DNA from: Octopus sinensis
Taxonomy: Eukaryota
Assembly: GCF_006345805.1 (NCBI RefSeq)
Contig: NC_042997.1
Coordinates: 33,542,001 to 33,606,000 of the forward strand
Length of the DNA stretch: 64,000 nt
Reading direction: 5' to 3'
The position numbers were made by a program, and so were the translations under genes. The notes beneath the pieces are model-generated. The model was given only the letters and a program-made list of their open reading frames with translations. It did no database searches and had not been told where the DNA came from. Shown piece by piece: positions 25,377 through 38,720 of the stretch. How positions within the stretch are numbered: the first letter of the stretch is position 1; each line of letters opens with the position of its first letter.

Positions 25377-25598
25377 CCCTTTAGTGTTCAGATTACTCTG
25401 TAAAATGTAAGGTTTTTTTTATTTAAATTGTTTTGAATTAATCATGCATTACCTTATAGCTTTGAGGTTTCAATGGTGTGATTGTTTATTTTTAGACTGT
25501 CAATGTAGGTTAGGTGTGAGAGGCTAGATATGGACAGTTTGAATATAAAATATGTAGAATATATTGGGCCGGATTTGGCCAGTTTAAACACTAAAGGG
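25377..25598. mobile_element. TTAA MITE, family 1
   Basis: TTAA|CCC...GGG|TTAA; colinear with the 45-263 copy. Confidence 0.75.
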
Positions 25599-25699
25599 TT
25601 AAGCAGGCAAATACATCTATTGTATTAATTTGAAATTTAGAAAGAAGTGGGTTGGAATGAACCTAAATAAAGTTCTTGATTGAGTAAGAAGACTGGATG

Positions 25700-26050
25700 A
25701 AATTGAGACAAACAAGCCTTACTGGGTATGAATCTTAGCATGTAGAGACAAGGGTGCACTGCTAAGCTGAGATAACAAAAAAAGTATCAGTGTATTAGTT
25801 GTGATAGACAAGAAAGAAACCTGTGCTGGGATAGGCACATGATGAAAGCAAAGAAATGCCAAATAAATCCGAGTGGAAGGAGCTTGTAGAAGAGGAAGAC
25901 CAAAGAAAGGTATGAGAAAAAGTCATGAAGACCGATATTAGGATGCTGAACTTCACAAAAGAGATGACAAGGAACTGCAAACAGTGGTGAGATGCTATGC
26001 TAGAGAAGATCATTCCAACCCATGCAATTGTGGAAAAACATAAAATGATG
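25700..26050 (+). mobile_element. Decayed RTE-type LINE 3' end
   Basis: Degenerate W..H.M...EG..RRGRPK.R motif region ending in tccaacccatgc...tggaaaa...aaatgatgat. Confidence 0.6.
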
Positions 26051-27497
26051 ATTCTAATGACATATAAAACGTATCAATAAAAGCACAGCAGGAAGAACTG
26101 CAGCTGAAATCCGATGACCATTGTTTTCCGATATCAATTACTAAGCATGGAAACATGAACATTAAAATGATGATGACAATGATGATGGTGAAGGCATTAG
26201 CTACTATTCAGAAAGGATTGGTGCAAAATTCTATTAGAGTAATTAGTAGCTTGTGTATTTTTGATGGTTTATTGTTATCAGCATTTCCCCTTACCACAGC
26301 CATGCTGTCTGATAGTTGACGAAATGGCATTCCTCCAAGACCAATACTAAGGAGGTGATCATATGTTATGGAATAATTGCAAAAATATAAATGAAAATTA
26401 CTGTATTATAAAGAGTGCTTGGTAAGATTGCCAGAAAGACTGAACTAATTTTTCTGGCATTGCTGTTCATCTAACTTTTGGTGACTTTTGGTAACTCATA
26501 ACTTATCTCAAATTTTCTACATAAATTTTTGCTGTTTAGCCCCAGGTCAGTTCCGGCTGAAAAGATCTAAAATCTAAGACATTCCAGTTGTGACAATCTT
26601 GTCTTTTTCCAAGATACTGCACCCAAAATCATTGTCCAACACGTCCTTTTCTCAGACAGTGGGGAGTGATTCAAAGGAAATGCAGCTGCTATTTCTAGCA
26701 ACACCTTTATTTGTTTATAAATATTGTCAACTACAGACATCTGACCTGAATTAATGCCAAAGAATACATATATAATATGGCTATAAATATATACATACAT
26801 ACATTCAGTGCCCTACGAAGTGTATTCTTTGGGATTGAAGAGATATTCATATTTTACTTATTATACTGACCTATAAAGAAAGCAAAACCAACTTGCTGCC
26901 CTGACATGGCTTAAAATCAGAACAAAGAAATCACTACCAGGTGAGATGCAACAAAATATTTAAGTTAATCTTAATCATCAAATTAATCCTATACCATTCA
27001 AAAAAAAATTCTTGAAATATTCTTTAAACCTTCAACCACATCTAACAAATACTATATTACCTATCTATGATTCCTTCACTAGAAACAATCAAATAGGATA
27101 TTTAAATGAGCAGAATGTATATATAATTTATCAAAATGAGAACACTCTTTCAGATAATAATCCATATGGCTCCAGTGACCAAAACTAACACAAAAGCCCT
27201 TTTAGAAAGCTTATAAAAGGATATATGATTATCAGATTAATCTTAACTTCAGATTTAGTGCAAATAAGTTATTGTATGAATCAAATATAAATGGATTTTA
27301 AAGAGTCTTCTGACAGTTTATTTTTATTTATCTTCTTTTTTTTAATTCTATTTTGTGACCAGATTTAGTCATTTTGATGGTCGAAATCAGCTTGACTAAA
27401 TTCTATTTAACTTGGTAGGTATTTCTCCATCCTGATTTCAAACCTTCATAAGATGACAGCTTTATCTTTCAGCTGTCCAGAGAGCTATAGACACAAA

Positions 27498-27899
27498 GGA
27501 GTGGCTGTGTGGTAAGTAGCTTGCTAACCAACTACATGGTTCTGGGTTCAGTCCAACTGTGTGGCATCTTGGGCAAGTGTCTTCTGCTATAGTCCCGGGC
27601 CGACCAATGCCTTGTGAGTGGATTTGGTAGATGGAAACTGAAAGAAGCCTGTCGTATATTCGTATATATATATATATATATGTATGTGTGTGCTTGTGTG
27701 TCTGTGTTTGTTCCCCTAGCATTGCTTGACAACCGATGCTGGTGTGTTTACATCCCTGTCACTTAGCGGTTCAGCAAAAGAGACCGATAGAATAAGTACT
27801 GGGCTTACAAAGAATAAGTCCCGGGGTCAATTTGCTCGACTAAAGGTGGTGCTCCAGCATGGCCACAGTCAAATGACTGAAACAAGTAAAAGAGTAAAG
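27498..27899 (+). mobile_element. SINE family A
   Basis: Near-consensus copy. Confidence 0.88.
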
Positions 27900-29211
27900 A
27901 TGTAAATTGTAAATGTCTCCTGAATGCTGAAGGCGTTTAAGAGCCATGCTTTGCTCTAGTTTTAAATCAAACAAATCCCTCCACTGGGTAGCATGCTTGT
28001 CAACCTCGAGTATTAATCCAATATGATCTGTTGCTAAATTCTGGCAATTCAAATAAGTATCAGCAACATAGTAGAAACAGACTGGCTACAAACCTTCTTG
28101 ACAAAAATTTATCTTGTATGAGGTCTAAAGACAAATATGATTCCCTACTGGTAGCCAGTGTTTGTAACAAAAAGTTCAAAACTGAAATGCAAACTTGGAC
28201 AAGGTAAACTGTGGCATCAGATATGAGGGAAACATGCTGTATACAATGTGCAGTATATACATACATTCCCCAACTGCACCACACAAAAAAGAAAACCAAC
28301 TTCTTTTGCTCTTTTTTTTTTCCCTTTCCTATGGTAAAGAGACAGTACATAGTTAACACGAACTGGTTTAAACATGTACTGATTTGATTAATGTTGGACA
28401 AATGATCCTGTCAGTGATAATGGTGCAACTGAGACTCTCACCATAAAGCAAAGAACAAACTATCATAAACCATTATGTCTAGTTTTCCGTTCTCTCTGTC
28501 ACCTCTATAACCTTAATGATATACATAAATACATTCATTTATTCTGAGCACATGTTCAATAAACAGTATCAGCTTACACTATTTACTGTATAAGTAACTA
28601 TGCTATTAAGAGAAGGGGAAAAAAATAGCCATGGAGTACTGCACAAAAACCTAATTATTACATAATCACTTAGCGTTTATTTTCGATACATACCTACATA
28701 TATGTCATCTTTGTGTGACAGTACTGATAAAGACTATGCTTAAGTAAGGTGTGATAAGGATAAAACAGATCTTGAGTTGTCATCATCACATCAAGATCAG
28801 GTTACTTCCCACTGGACTGCTCATATAATATTTTTAATTCATTTAAATCAATTAAAATGTCAGTGTTGTCTCCATAGCCTTTTTTAATCAAAATTAATCA
28901 TTAATTAAATGACTTGACTCATTATATATTGAGTACTGTCCTCACAAACTCATTCTTGCACATCACCATCATTTTACATCCATGTTCCACTCTAGCATAG
29001 ATTGAGGAGTTCAACAGGACTCAATGGCCCAACGACTACACTGTGCTCCAATGTCTTCTTTGGCATGGTTTTTATGGTTGAATGATTTTCTAACACTAAC
29101 CACTTTAACAGTGTGTAGTGGATGCTTTTCTTGTGCCACCAGTGCTGGTGAGGTCACCATAGAGCTCACGAAACTACGAAACAAATGGAAGGGGGATGCA
29201 CTGCTTTTTTA

Positions 29212-29777
29212 TTGGGTTGTCCGGAAAGTTTGTGCCGATTTATAGTAGCTTACCTTTCGACTTATTTTAGAACATGGTTGAGTCCATAAAATAGGATTTG
29301 GCTACACCTCCATTTAGAGCACAGTTTAAGCTATCTTTTCGTGGAAGAAGGTTTATATTCCTATAACCTGTGATAATTCTGTAACCCTTTAAAATGGAAG
29401 ATAAGAAAGTTCATTTTCAGAATTTGATGCTTTGGGAACCAGACAAAAATTGCTGCAGCTTGGCTGGGATATGTTACCCCACGCTCCGTATTCACCAGAT
29501 ATTGCTCCTTCAGATTTCCACTTATTCAGGTTTCTGCAGAATAGTCTTAATGGTAAAAATTTCAATTCATTCGATGACGTAAAAAGATTCCTTGATGAAT
29601 TCTTTGCCATGAAACTACCTCAGTTCTGGGAAGAGGGTATTTTCAAGTTTAAGGAAAGATGGAGATGCATTGTGCAACAAAATGGCTCATATTTGGTTGA
29701 TAAAAAATGTAATGGCAAGTATTTATTGACCTTTTTCTTTCCTTTAAAAATCGGCACGAACTTTCCGGACAAGCCAA
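29212..29777 (+). mobile_element. Internally deleted mariner (DD34D-type) transposon
   Basis: 30-bp imperfect TIRs (ttgggttgtccggaaagtttgtgccgattt / aaatcggcacgaactttccggacaagccaa) flanked by TA on both sides. N-terminal MEDKKVHFQNLMLWE is joined out of frame to the C-terminal HAPYSPDIAPSDFHLF...RWRCIVQQNGSY. Confidence 0.93.
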
Positions 29778-30770
29778 TAGTTGTAGAGGAGCTACATTGC
29801 TACACACATTTAGAAGAGAGAGTGAGAATGATTCAGTAGTAACTGGTTCTACACACTTCAAATATAAACTTTACCAATGAACTGCCATTTTATAATGTTG
29901 TTATTGACTCGCATAAAGTAATCCAACTCTTTTTTTAATGCATTCAGCCTTAGGCAGAAGAATAACTCAAGGATCTCACTGCTGCATTAATTTCTCTATC
30001 ACAGAAAAGATAGCTCCTTTCATTCACTCCATTCCAGTGCAAAGCTGCACAAATTATAGAGACACAAATTTAAGAATACTGCAATTACAACCTCCATTAA
30101 ACTTCACTAAAGCAGAAAGACTTAATGACAGCAGCCATAAACACACTTCAAATGTACAACTAGTAGATGTTACATATCAGCGATCAATCTTACAACACAG
30201 ATAAAAGACCAGGTGCTTGCAACTGCTGTTGAAAATGACACATTAAGATCAACCATCAGATAGTCTTACATAATACATAATGCATACCAATTCAATAAAA
30301 AAAAATTAACAAACAAGGATAAATAATAGCAAAAATATATAGAGCAGAAGTAGACATACTGAAAATGGATTCATGTTTTCTTTGAGAAAACTTAATGCCC
30401 TACTAACAAGGGAATCAGTAATTCATATAAAACCAATATCTCTTAACTGTGCTCTGTAGCCAAAGTACTTAAATTTCAATAGCACGGTTCACTCAGCTGT
30501 GCTATATAATTCACTAATGTTGGTAATAAGAAAACTGCATATTTGATGAGTGTTTTGTTAGGTCATTTGTTATGTCAAATATTTTTCTAAGTAAAGCCTG
30601 TAATAAGAGTGGTCTCTCCTAAGCGCATAATGAAACCCTTGAGTAAGGGTAGTAGTTAACAAGAAAAATATAGTTAAAGAAGAAAAAAAAATACTAATCT
30701 TTAAACTCAGTGGAAATTAACTGAGTTATCTGCTCTTAATCATGAGAACAAAAATGGATCACCATAGTTA

Positions 30771-31144
30771 TAGGAGCACTCCGTCGGTTACGACGATGAG
30801 GGTCCCAGCTGATACGATCAACGGAACAGCTTGCTCGTGGAATTAACGTGCAAGTGGCTGAGCATTCCACAGACACGTGTACCCTTAACGTAGTTCTCGA
30901 GGAGATTCAGCGTGACACAGAGAGTGACAAGGCCGGCTCCTTGAAATACAGGTACAACAGAAAGAGTGAGAGAAAGTTGTGGTGAAAGAGTACAGCAGGG
31001 ATCACCACCACCACCTGCAGGAGCCCTGTGAAGCTTTAGGTGTTTTCGCTCAATAAACACTCACAATGCCCAGTCTGGGAATCGAAACCGAGATCCTACG
31101 ACCACGAGTCTGCTGCCCTAACCACTGGGCCATTGCGCCTCCAC
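30771..31144 (-). mobile_element. tRNA-derived SINE family D, tail type 1, with an 11-bp TSD
   Basis: Head ggcgcaatggcccagtggttagggcag...ggtttcgattccc; caccatagtta at 30760-30770 and 31145-31155. Confidence 0.85.
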
Positions 31145-32407
31145 CACCATAGTTAGGACTCCTACATAAGGAAGAATAAGCTCATAGGAAGATGCGTCTG
31201 GAACTGGATTTCAATTTCTTATTGAAGCCAATTCATTTCATTCATTCACAGACAGTTCAATGTTTTGAGGAAAAACATAAGCATCACACTTTTATTGTCT
31301 GCCAGTAAAATATTTGTCTGTTACATAGAGTTACAAAATATGCTGACAAAATGACTAAACAAATATTTGTCATTTTGCTTCTTCCATTCCAGTCAACCAA
31401 ATGTTAACAAATAAAAATTAGCATTTACATAAATTTCTTTGATTCCGGACTAAAATTTCTTATTCACCAAGTAGGATGGTCATGAACAAAAACTGCCAAA
31501 TATATTTCACTACTATTTGATCTGTTTGAGATCATGCATCCCAATAACATACAGAAATGTCAGCCAAAAGTATTTGATTTACTAGAATTCATTCACAGGC
31601 ATCACAAATCTGTGAATAGGTTGTATTATCATGACAGAAAACTCATTCCTACATTTCTTCATTATAATTTCTTGTCTTCAATGAGATAAATAGGAGGAGA
31701 TACAAAAAGCTTTTGTTGCATGTAACTTTTAAAATTGCTAAAGGCTGCTTGGTATTTGAAAAGATAAATTAAATTCTCTCGGAGAAGTATGAAGTGAAAC
31801 TGAACCATCAGTTAAATGTTAATTAAAAAGACTCACATATTGGGAGGATTGTGAAATCTAAGAGTAGCTTGAAGGCAATGTATTTGACAAAACAAGTCTA
31901 TAGAGTCACATCAGTAGCTTGAAATTGTTCAAAGCTATCGAGATTGATTTTAACTCTTTCCTCACTTCTGGTAAACATACTTTCTCCCTTTTATCATTTT
32001 ACATACATTTTTTTTTAAATCAAGCTGGACAATTCCATATTGATGGAGCAAGTGCCTTTTCCTTTCATAAACTGGTGCCCTTATTTCAGTTCACCACTCA
32101 AATGTGAAACAGAAGTAAATATATATAATTACCCTACATAAAAGGGGGAAAAAATGAGCAAGTGAAAAAAAAAAACAAGCAAAAAATGAAATATCAAATG
32201 ACATTGTAACACATTTCATCACCCAAGTTCCAGTCATGAAGCAATAAAGAAGATTATTATCCAAACTCTGAGTAAGTTATGGGCTTCAATCAATGGTGCA
32301 ATAAAAATGATCGCAAAGTTTGAACTCATCACTTTGTGATGTATTAGAGTCATGTGTGTGTGAGAGAGAGAAGAAGAAGAAAAATATAAAAGTTAAAGGA
32401 TACTCAC

Positions 32408-32468
32408 AATTGGTATAAAATAGTTGTTTTACCAGCATTGTCTAATCCAACAATTATCACCTTGTGCT
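32408..32468 (-). CDS. ARL5: Internal coding exon (probably exon 2) of ADP-ribosylation factor-like GTPase 5
   Basis: Reverse strand reads tttttttttacag|ag cac aag gtg ata att gtt gga tta gac aat gct ggt aaa aca act att tta tac caa tt|gtgagt = (E)HKVIIVGLDNAGKTTILYQ(F). This is the ARL5-type G1/P-loop, with a canonical polypyrimidine-AG acceptor and GTGAGT donor. The 61-bp length matches the vertebrate ARL5 exon 2 as I recall it. Too short for the ORF track. Confidence 0.93.
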
Positions 32469-32918
32469 CTGTAAAAAAAAAAAATTAAATAAATGTATAT
32501 TTTATTTATTTAAAGAAAACAACTTGAGGTTTCTATGTGGTCACTCAACCTACTAAAAATTTCACACAAATTACATACTCATGTTTAAAAATAAAAGAAT
32601 GCAGTGGATGATACTGATGCAATTCCAAAATTATGACAGGAAGGTCATGGGCGGAATACTTTCAATCAGAGGTATGCTCTAACAGCACTGCAATCAACCT
32701 AAGATGAAACAATAAAAATTAAAAAATTTTTAAAACAATGATTGAATACAGAACAATTTATTCAGTGGAATATATCTATTTTGGGTTAAAAAAACAAACT
32801 ATTTCTTCAAAATTTGAAAAGCCCAGAGGGACAAAACATTCCAAGTGACACTTTTCCACATAAATAATTTGTTTTCTAAGTATGAAGAGTTTTTTTTTTA
32901 ATTCATACTAACCATTAA

Positions 32919-33139
32919 TCCTTTAGCATTCACATTATTTTGTCAAAAGTAACGGTTATTTATTCACATCGTTTTGAATTAATCGTGCATAGCTTTGTAA
33001 CTTCAAGATTTTGATGATGAAATAGTTCATTTTTAGAATCACATTGTAAGGTTGGTGTGAGGGACAAGATCTGGCCAGTTTGAGCATAAAACAGGCAGAA
33101 TATTTTGGCTGGATATGGCTGGTTTTATAGGCTAATGGG
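32919..33139. mobile_element. TTAA MITE, family 1
   Basis: TTAA|tCC...GGG|TTAA; colinear with the 45-263 copy. Confidence 0.7.
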
Positions 33140-33260
33140 TTAAAGCTACTACAGTTGTGTGCATGCAGCATTTAAAGAAACAAACCATCTTCAAGTACTG
33201 TCGTTCATTCATATATAATATGCATTCATGTAATAATATTCATTTTTACATTCATGCTGT

Positions 33261-33592
33261 GAAGACGCATGGCTCAGTGGGCGTCGAGCTTACGATCGTG
33301 AGGTTGTGAGTTCGAATCCCAGATCAGGCTGCATGTTGTGTTCTTGAGCAAGACACTTTATTTCACGTTGCTCCAGTTCACTCAGCTGTAGAAATGAGTT
33401 GCAACGTCACAGGTGCCAAGCTGTATCGGTCTTTTGCCTTTCCCTTGAACAACATCGGTGATGTGGAGAGGGGAGGCCGGTATGCATGGGCGACTGCTGG
33501 TCTTCCATAAAACAACCTTGCCCAGATTTGTGCCTCAGAGGGTAACTCTCTAGGTGCAAACCCATGGTCAGTGTCTGACCGAAGGGGGTCAC
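33261..33592 (+). mobile_element. tRNA-derived SINE family F
   Basis: tggctcagtgg A-box, gagttcgaatccc B-box and cttgagcaagacactt central motif. Confidence 0.75.
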
Positions 33593-35841
33593 CACTAATA
33601 TGCATCATTAATTTACAAGTAATGAAATGGACAAAAATTGGTAAAAGAATATACCGTGTGTATGACACTGACTTCTCTTTTGGAGGGAGTTGGGGAATCT
33701 TCGAGGAAAGTGATGTCATTAAAAAGGAAACTGGCAATAGGGGATAATGTAAAAAATTGTAACTCCTAATTTCATTCATTTTTACATGCTAGCATGGGTT
33801 AGTCAAATCCATTATCAAGTTTAGTTAAATACATTATCAACCAGATTCCCTTCCCTGTTTCAAAACCTAATTTGTTTTTCAAGTAAGGGATATCTTACTT
33901 CACACATTACCAAAGATGCAAAAGAAGAAGATGCTTTGTCGACAGAAGTAACATCAGCAACATTGCTTATAACTTGCAACTCGTTAAGCTAACGAATGTA
34001 ACCAAACAAATACACATGTACACACCCATATGCACACAGACATAAAAATGCATGACAGATTTTTTTTTTTCAGTTTCTGTCAACCAAATTCACTCATAAG
34101 GCTTTGAATTAACTAGATAAGTAAATATTTCAAAATAGGTGAATCATACATATTTTTTTTCCCTAAAAAAATTCTTCAGTTTTCAAAGTTTTGAACTTTA
34201 GATATTCCATGTTATACATGGAATATCTTGTAATATCGTCATCTTGTAATATATATCTAGCTGTTTTGATCTTGTTATTTCTTGTTGGACAAACATAATT
34301 ACAAAATTGCCATTCATAAATTTTTCTCTTGAAAAACTATCAAATGAATAATTGTATTTTTGTTTATCTTCGTTAAACAATGACATTTGGACTTTATCAG
34401 TGTTGGCTGAAAAAGTGCACCTGTTGTATGAATTAGTACACAATTGATATATATTATTTATTTATTCAACAAAATCAATATGATTTTCAGGATCACATTG
34501 AATATTCTCAGTTTTACTACAGTCTGTCACAGATTTTTAAGCAAGGATTCTTGAAAATCTCTCAAACTATTTTTTTATTACACATTTCTGAATTCTTGTT
34601 TTGAATAGTACACATTTAGAAGCCAGCATTTTTTTCTTTTTTTATTTCCTGTCATTTAAAAAAATACTTTATGCAATATATATAATTTAAAATAAACATC
34701 CAAGAAAGTGACAAAAAAATGTGCCAACAAAAACTATCTTTCTGTTCAAGAAATTGAAGATTTACATATATATTTAAGTTACGCGTGAATAGAAATGTTA
34801 CTTGCATGGTTATTAGAACAAAAATATGAGTATCTGTGGATACAAATAAATATAATATTACATAAAAGTCCCCAAGCTTTAGTAGGGTGGAGTTTAAGAT
34901 TAGTAAACAAAAATGAACCAAGATTATGCGAGCAAATTGATAGCCATGATTAACTATAGACTGTTTCCAATAATTCTGTGGGTTCATTAAACTACTGTGT
35001 CTGTTCATACACCTGTATGTCTCCCCCCCCCCCGCCCTATGTTAGCATAGGTTAAAAAAAAACAAATTCTGGAGACATCTTTACAGCCATATTCCCTTTG
35101 TGTAATTAAACCTTACCTGTTTTTCAAGTAAGGGACTTTTTATTCCACAAGACTTTGGAAGTGCTGAGCAAACAGAAAATTTGTTGACATGGTGAAGTTT
35201 AACAACAAACTTCATTTGAGGGAGAGTGCTAATGTTCAGAACAAACATTTGATGACTATAAACAAAACCATTGATCAGCAAGAAACAGCAGAACCTTCAT
35301 CTATCATCTACTATTGGAGAGTCCATATATATATAAACATTGAGTCTCACAGAGGGGATGACAGGAGACCAAGACTCCTGGTGGTTTCCTGTGCTTGAGA
35401 AGATATGTCAAGCTAAGTAAAATCAAGGTTGTCCTTGCATATAAGCATGTCCCCTGCATCCCTCTCTAGCTAGGTGTTCCTAATCTGGTGGGCTCATGCA
35501 TGCTGATGCCACATAAAAAATACCTGTACCACTGCCATGTAAGCACACCAGTGTGGAGCTGCATAAAAGCACCTGGTACACACTGTAAAGTGGTTGGCAC
35601 TAGAAAAGGCATCAGGCTGTAAAAACCATGCCAAACAGACATGAAACCTGGATGACTCTTCAGGTGGCCAGCTCCTGTCAAACCATCCAACCCATGCCAG
35701 CATGAAAAATGGACAATAAACGATGATGATGACATACATACATATATATCATCATCATTTAACGTCCGCTTTCCATGGTGGCATGCGTTGGACGGTGCAA
35801 CTGGGGTCTAATGACTGATACAAGTAAAAGAAAAAAGGTAG

Positions 35842-35964
<123 letters not shown>

Positions 35965-36934
35965 TGTTTTATGAAAGCCACAAAACTGGAAGTTAGAAAT
36001 GGGAGAGTGAGAACAGAAACCAGACAGGAACAACAGTTTGTATATTTGTTTTTTTATCTCAATATTTCAGATTTTAAAATCCTTTATTAGAAGAAAATGG
36101 GGGACAGGCTTAGTGACTGTAGACATTCTAGGATGGAGATAATGTATGGGGAGGGTAGGGAAGGTGAGGTGAGATGGTGTGCAACATGTGCAACCCCAAA
36201 TGGTGGGGGGGTGAGCAAACTGTTGTTCTGCTTTTCATTTGTTTTCACCCCCGTTTCCAACTTGCATTGGGTGGCTTTCTAAAAGAATTTCAGAATTTTT
36301 TCACAGCTATGCTATTCTATTTCTTTAACTTATGTAAAGAGAAACCTCAGATGGCGACGGCAATGTAGGAATGCTGCCGTCAGATACAAATGTTTATCTT
36401 TCTATTTTGTTATGAATTTTAAACTATTTTTCTTCAATTTTTCCTATGTGAATTTTAATAATATACATTAAAAAAAAAAGAAAAAGCAAGCCAGTACATA
36501 TTACTTTTTTTTTAATCGACTTTGTTGACGTCTTCATTTTTATAAGTGTGATGGAACCGGTAATCAAACAAAATGCATTCCCTCTCTCTCTTTCGGAGAG
36601 GCACAAGCACCTACACGCACATATACACACACGGCAGTAACTTCCACCTACCGAATTCAATCACAAAGCTCCAGTCGGCTCGGGGCTATAGTGAAAGACA
36701 CCTACCCAAAGTGCCACGCAGTGGGACTGAACCCGAAACCATATAGCTATGAAGCAAGCTCCCTAACCACACAGCCATGCCCGAGTATTTATATTAAGCT
36801 AAGGTTTTTCATGTCCTGATTTCAAATTTTGGCATGGTCAACTTCAACTCCCACAAAATTTAAGGCCTTGTGCATTTGTTAGAAATAATTATTACAGGTT
36901 TCTCTTATTCTTCATCCCTTGTCTTCTGTCCAAC

Positions 36935-37352
36935 CTATTTCTTTATTACCCACAAGGGGCTAAACACAGAGGGGACAAACAAGGACAGACATAGGCATTA
37001 AGTCGATTACATCGACACCAGTGCGTAACTGGTACTTCATTTATCGACCCCCGAAAGGATGAAAGGCAAAGTCGACCCCGGAGGAATTTGAACTCACAAC
37101 ATAACGGCAGACGAAATACCTATTTCTTTACTACCCACAAGGGGCTAAACACAGAGAGGACAAACAAGGACAGACATAGGCATTAAGTCGATTACATCGA
37201 CCCCAGTGCGTAACTGGTACTTAATTTATCGACCCCGAAAGGATGAAAGGCAAAGTCGACCCCGGCGGAATTTGAACTCACAACGTAACGGCAGACGAAA
37301 TACCGCTAAGCATTTCGCCCGGCGTGCTAACGTTTCTGCCAGCTCGCCGCCT
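36935..37352 (-). mobile_element. Tandem dimer of SINE family B
   Basis: A truncated unit (about 36935-37120) directly abuts a full unit (about 37121-37352). Confidence 0.85.
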
Positions 37353-37552
37353 TCTGTCCAGCCTGTTTTTCCTTTACCTTTATTCAAAAACATCTCTCTC
37401 TGTGTTTTTGTTTTCTAGGCTTATCCTGTTTGAGTGAAATGGTGACTACATCAGCATGACTGCTAACTCTGCACTTTAAAAGGAATCAAAGAATAAAGGA
37501 AATCCTTCACTTAAAAAGCAGGTAAGGATTGGCAACAAGAAAAGCAAACTGT

Positions 37553-37587
<35 letters not shown>

Positions 37588-37591
<4 letters not shown>

Positions 37592-37886
37592 CACAAAGTT
37601 ATCAACCACCTCACCAACAACAACACTGAACATCTTTTTGATCTCCATGTGTCTAACACACGTGGACATGCCTACAAAGTCAGAAAACAGCACAGCTCCC
37701 ATGACTTTCGGAAACATTTTTTCACGCTCAGAGTTGCTGAATCATGGAATAAACTGCCTGCGTCAGTTGTTGACTGCCATGACACTGCATCCTTTAAGGC
37801 CCTCATGCTTTCCGAAATCCGCCGAAACTACACCTGATTATATATACACTTTAGATGAGTTGTAGTGCACCTGAGCACTGTACACA

Positions 37887-37905
<19 letters not shown>
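37588..37905 (+). mobile_element. CR1-clade LINE 3' end
   Basis: TRGHAYKVRK...RKHFFTLRVAESWNKLPASVV is the typical CR1 C-terminus, followed by a short 3'UTR and (ATT)n tail. Confidence 0.85.
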
Positions 37906-37918
<13 letters not shown>

Positions 37919-38675
37919 TATGTATGAGAGAGACAGAGAGAGAGAGAAACAGACAAAGATGCAGAGACAAGGGGGATAAACAAAGAAGGGGAAAAAAGTT
38001 GGAGTTACAAACCCATATATACAGGCCTTCATACATAAAATATTCAAACACGAGTTTATAATCCTGTTTAGTTTGCATCCTTCCTCTTCTAACAAGAGAA
38101 TTTGGCAATATTTGGTTTTGTATATGATAAAGTAAACAAAAACATATCTACATATATATTCACACAGAGTCCATCCCTTGCTGGCATGGAAAACAACGAT
38201 AATATATACACAGACACACATATGAAAGACATTCTCTCCCTAGAAGCTTAAATAGTTTCTGACAAAGAGTCTCTTATGTTAGAGTTAGCATAAAGGTTGA
38301 ATGTCATATTCAAAGTCATCTCCTGTGTGCATTTGTTGTTACATAGCTGCAATGTCAACTATTAGTCACATTTTTTTCCTTGAAGGAGTCCGTAACCACC
38401 AAACATTCTATCAGCTATGAACAGATTTTCGAGAATGCACGAAAATCCCATGACATATAAGTCACTGAAATTGGAGAAAAACTAATAAACAGAACAAGAC
38501 TCATTTCAACTCCCTTAAGACCTCATAATCATGAAAGAGCATATTTAAAGAAAAATTTTTAATCTTTCATAATCTCCATATGATCTTATGAGCTGATAAT
38601 TAGGATTAAGTGAATGAAAGACAAATTTTCTCTTTGATACATTACAAATAAAGGTGGATTCCCTGTTGGTCTCGA

Positions 38676-38720
<45 letters not shown>

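Noticed and set aside
27840-28401. Protein-like minus-strand ORFs (LATDHIGLILEVDKHATQW...)
   Set aside because: No recognisable family, no clear donor site, and the frame runs into a SINE.
34198-34443. 81-aa minus-strand ORF
   Set aside because: AT-rich composition, no motif and no splice support.
35114-35160. Exon-like segment with a cag|gtaagg donor on the minus strand
   Set aside because: The ttacttgaaaaacaggtaa motif also occurs in a degraded repeat near 60695, and the peptide is not ARL5.
38380-38452. Minus-strand MG-start frames considered as ARL5 exon 1 (also near 42320, 53075, 60270)
   Set aside because: None gives an ARL5-like N-terminus with a phase-1 GT donor after 46 nt.
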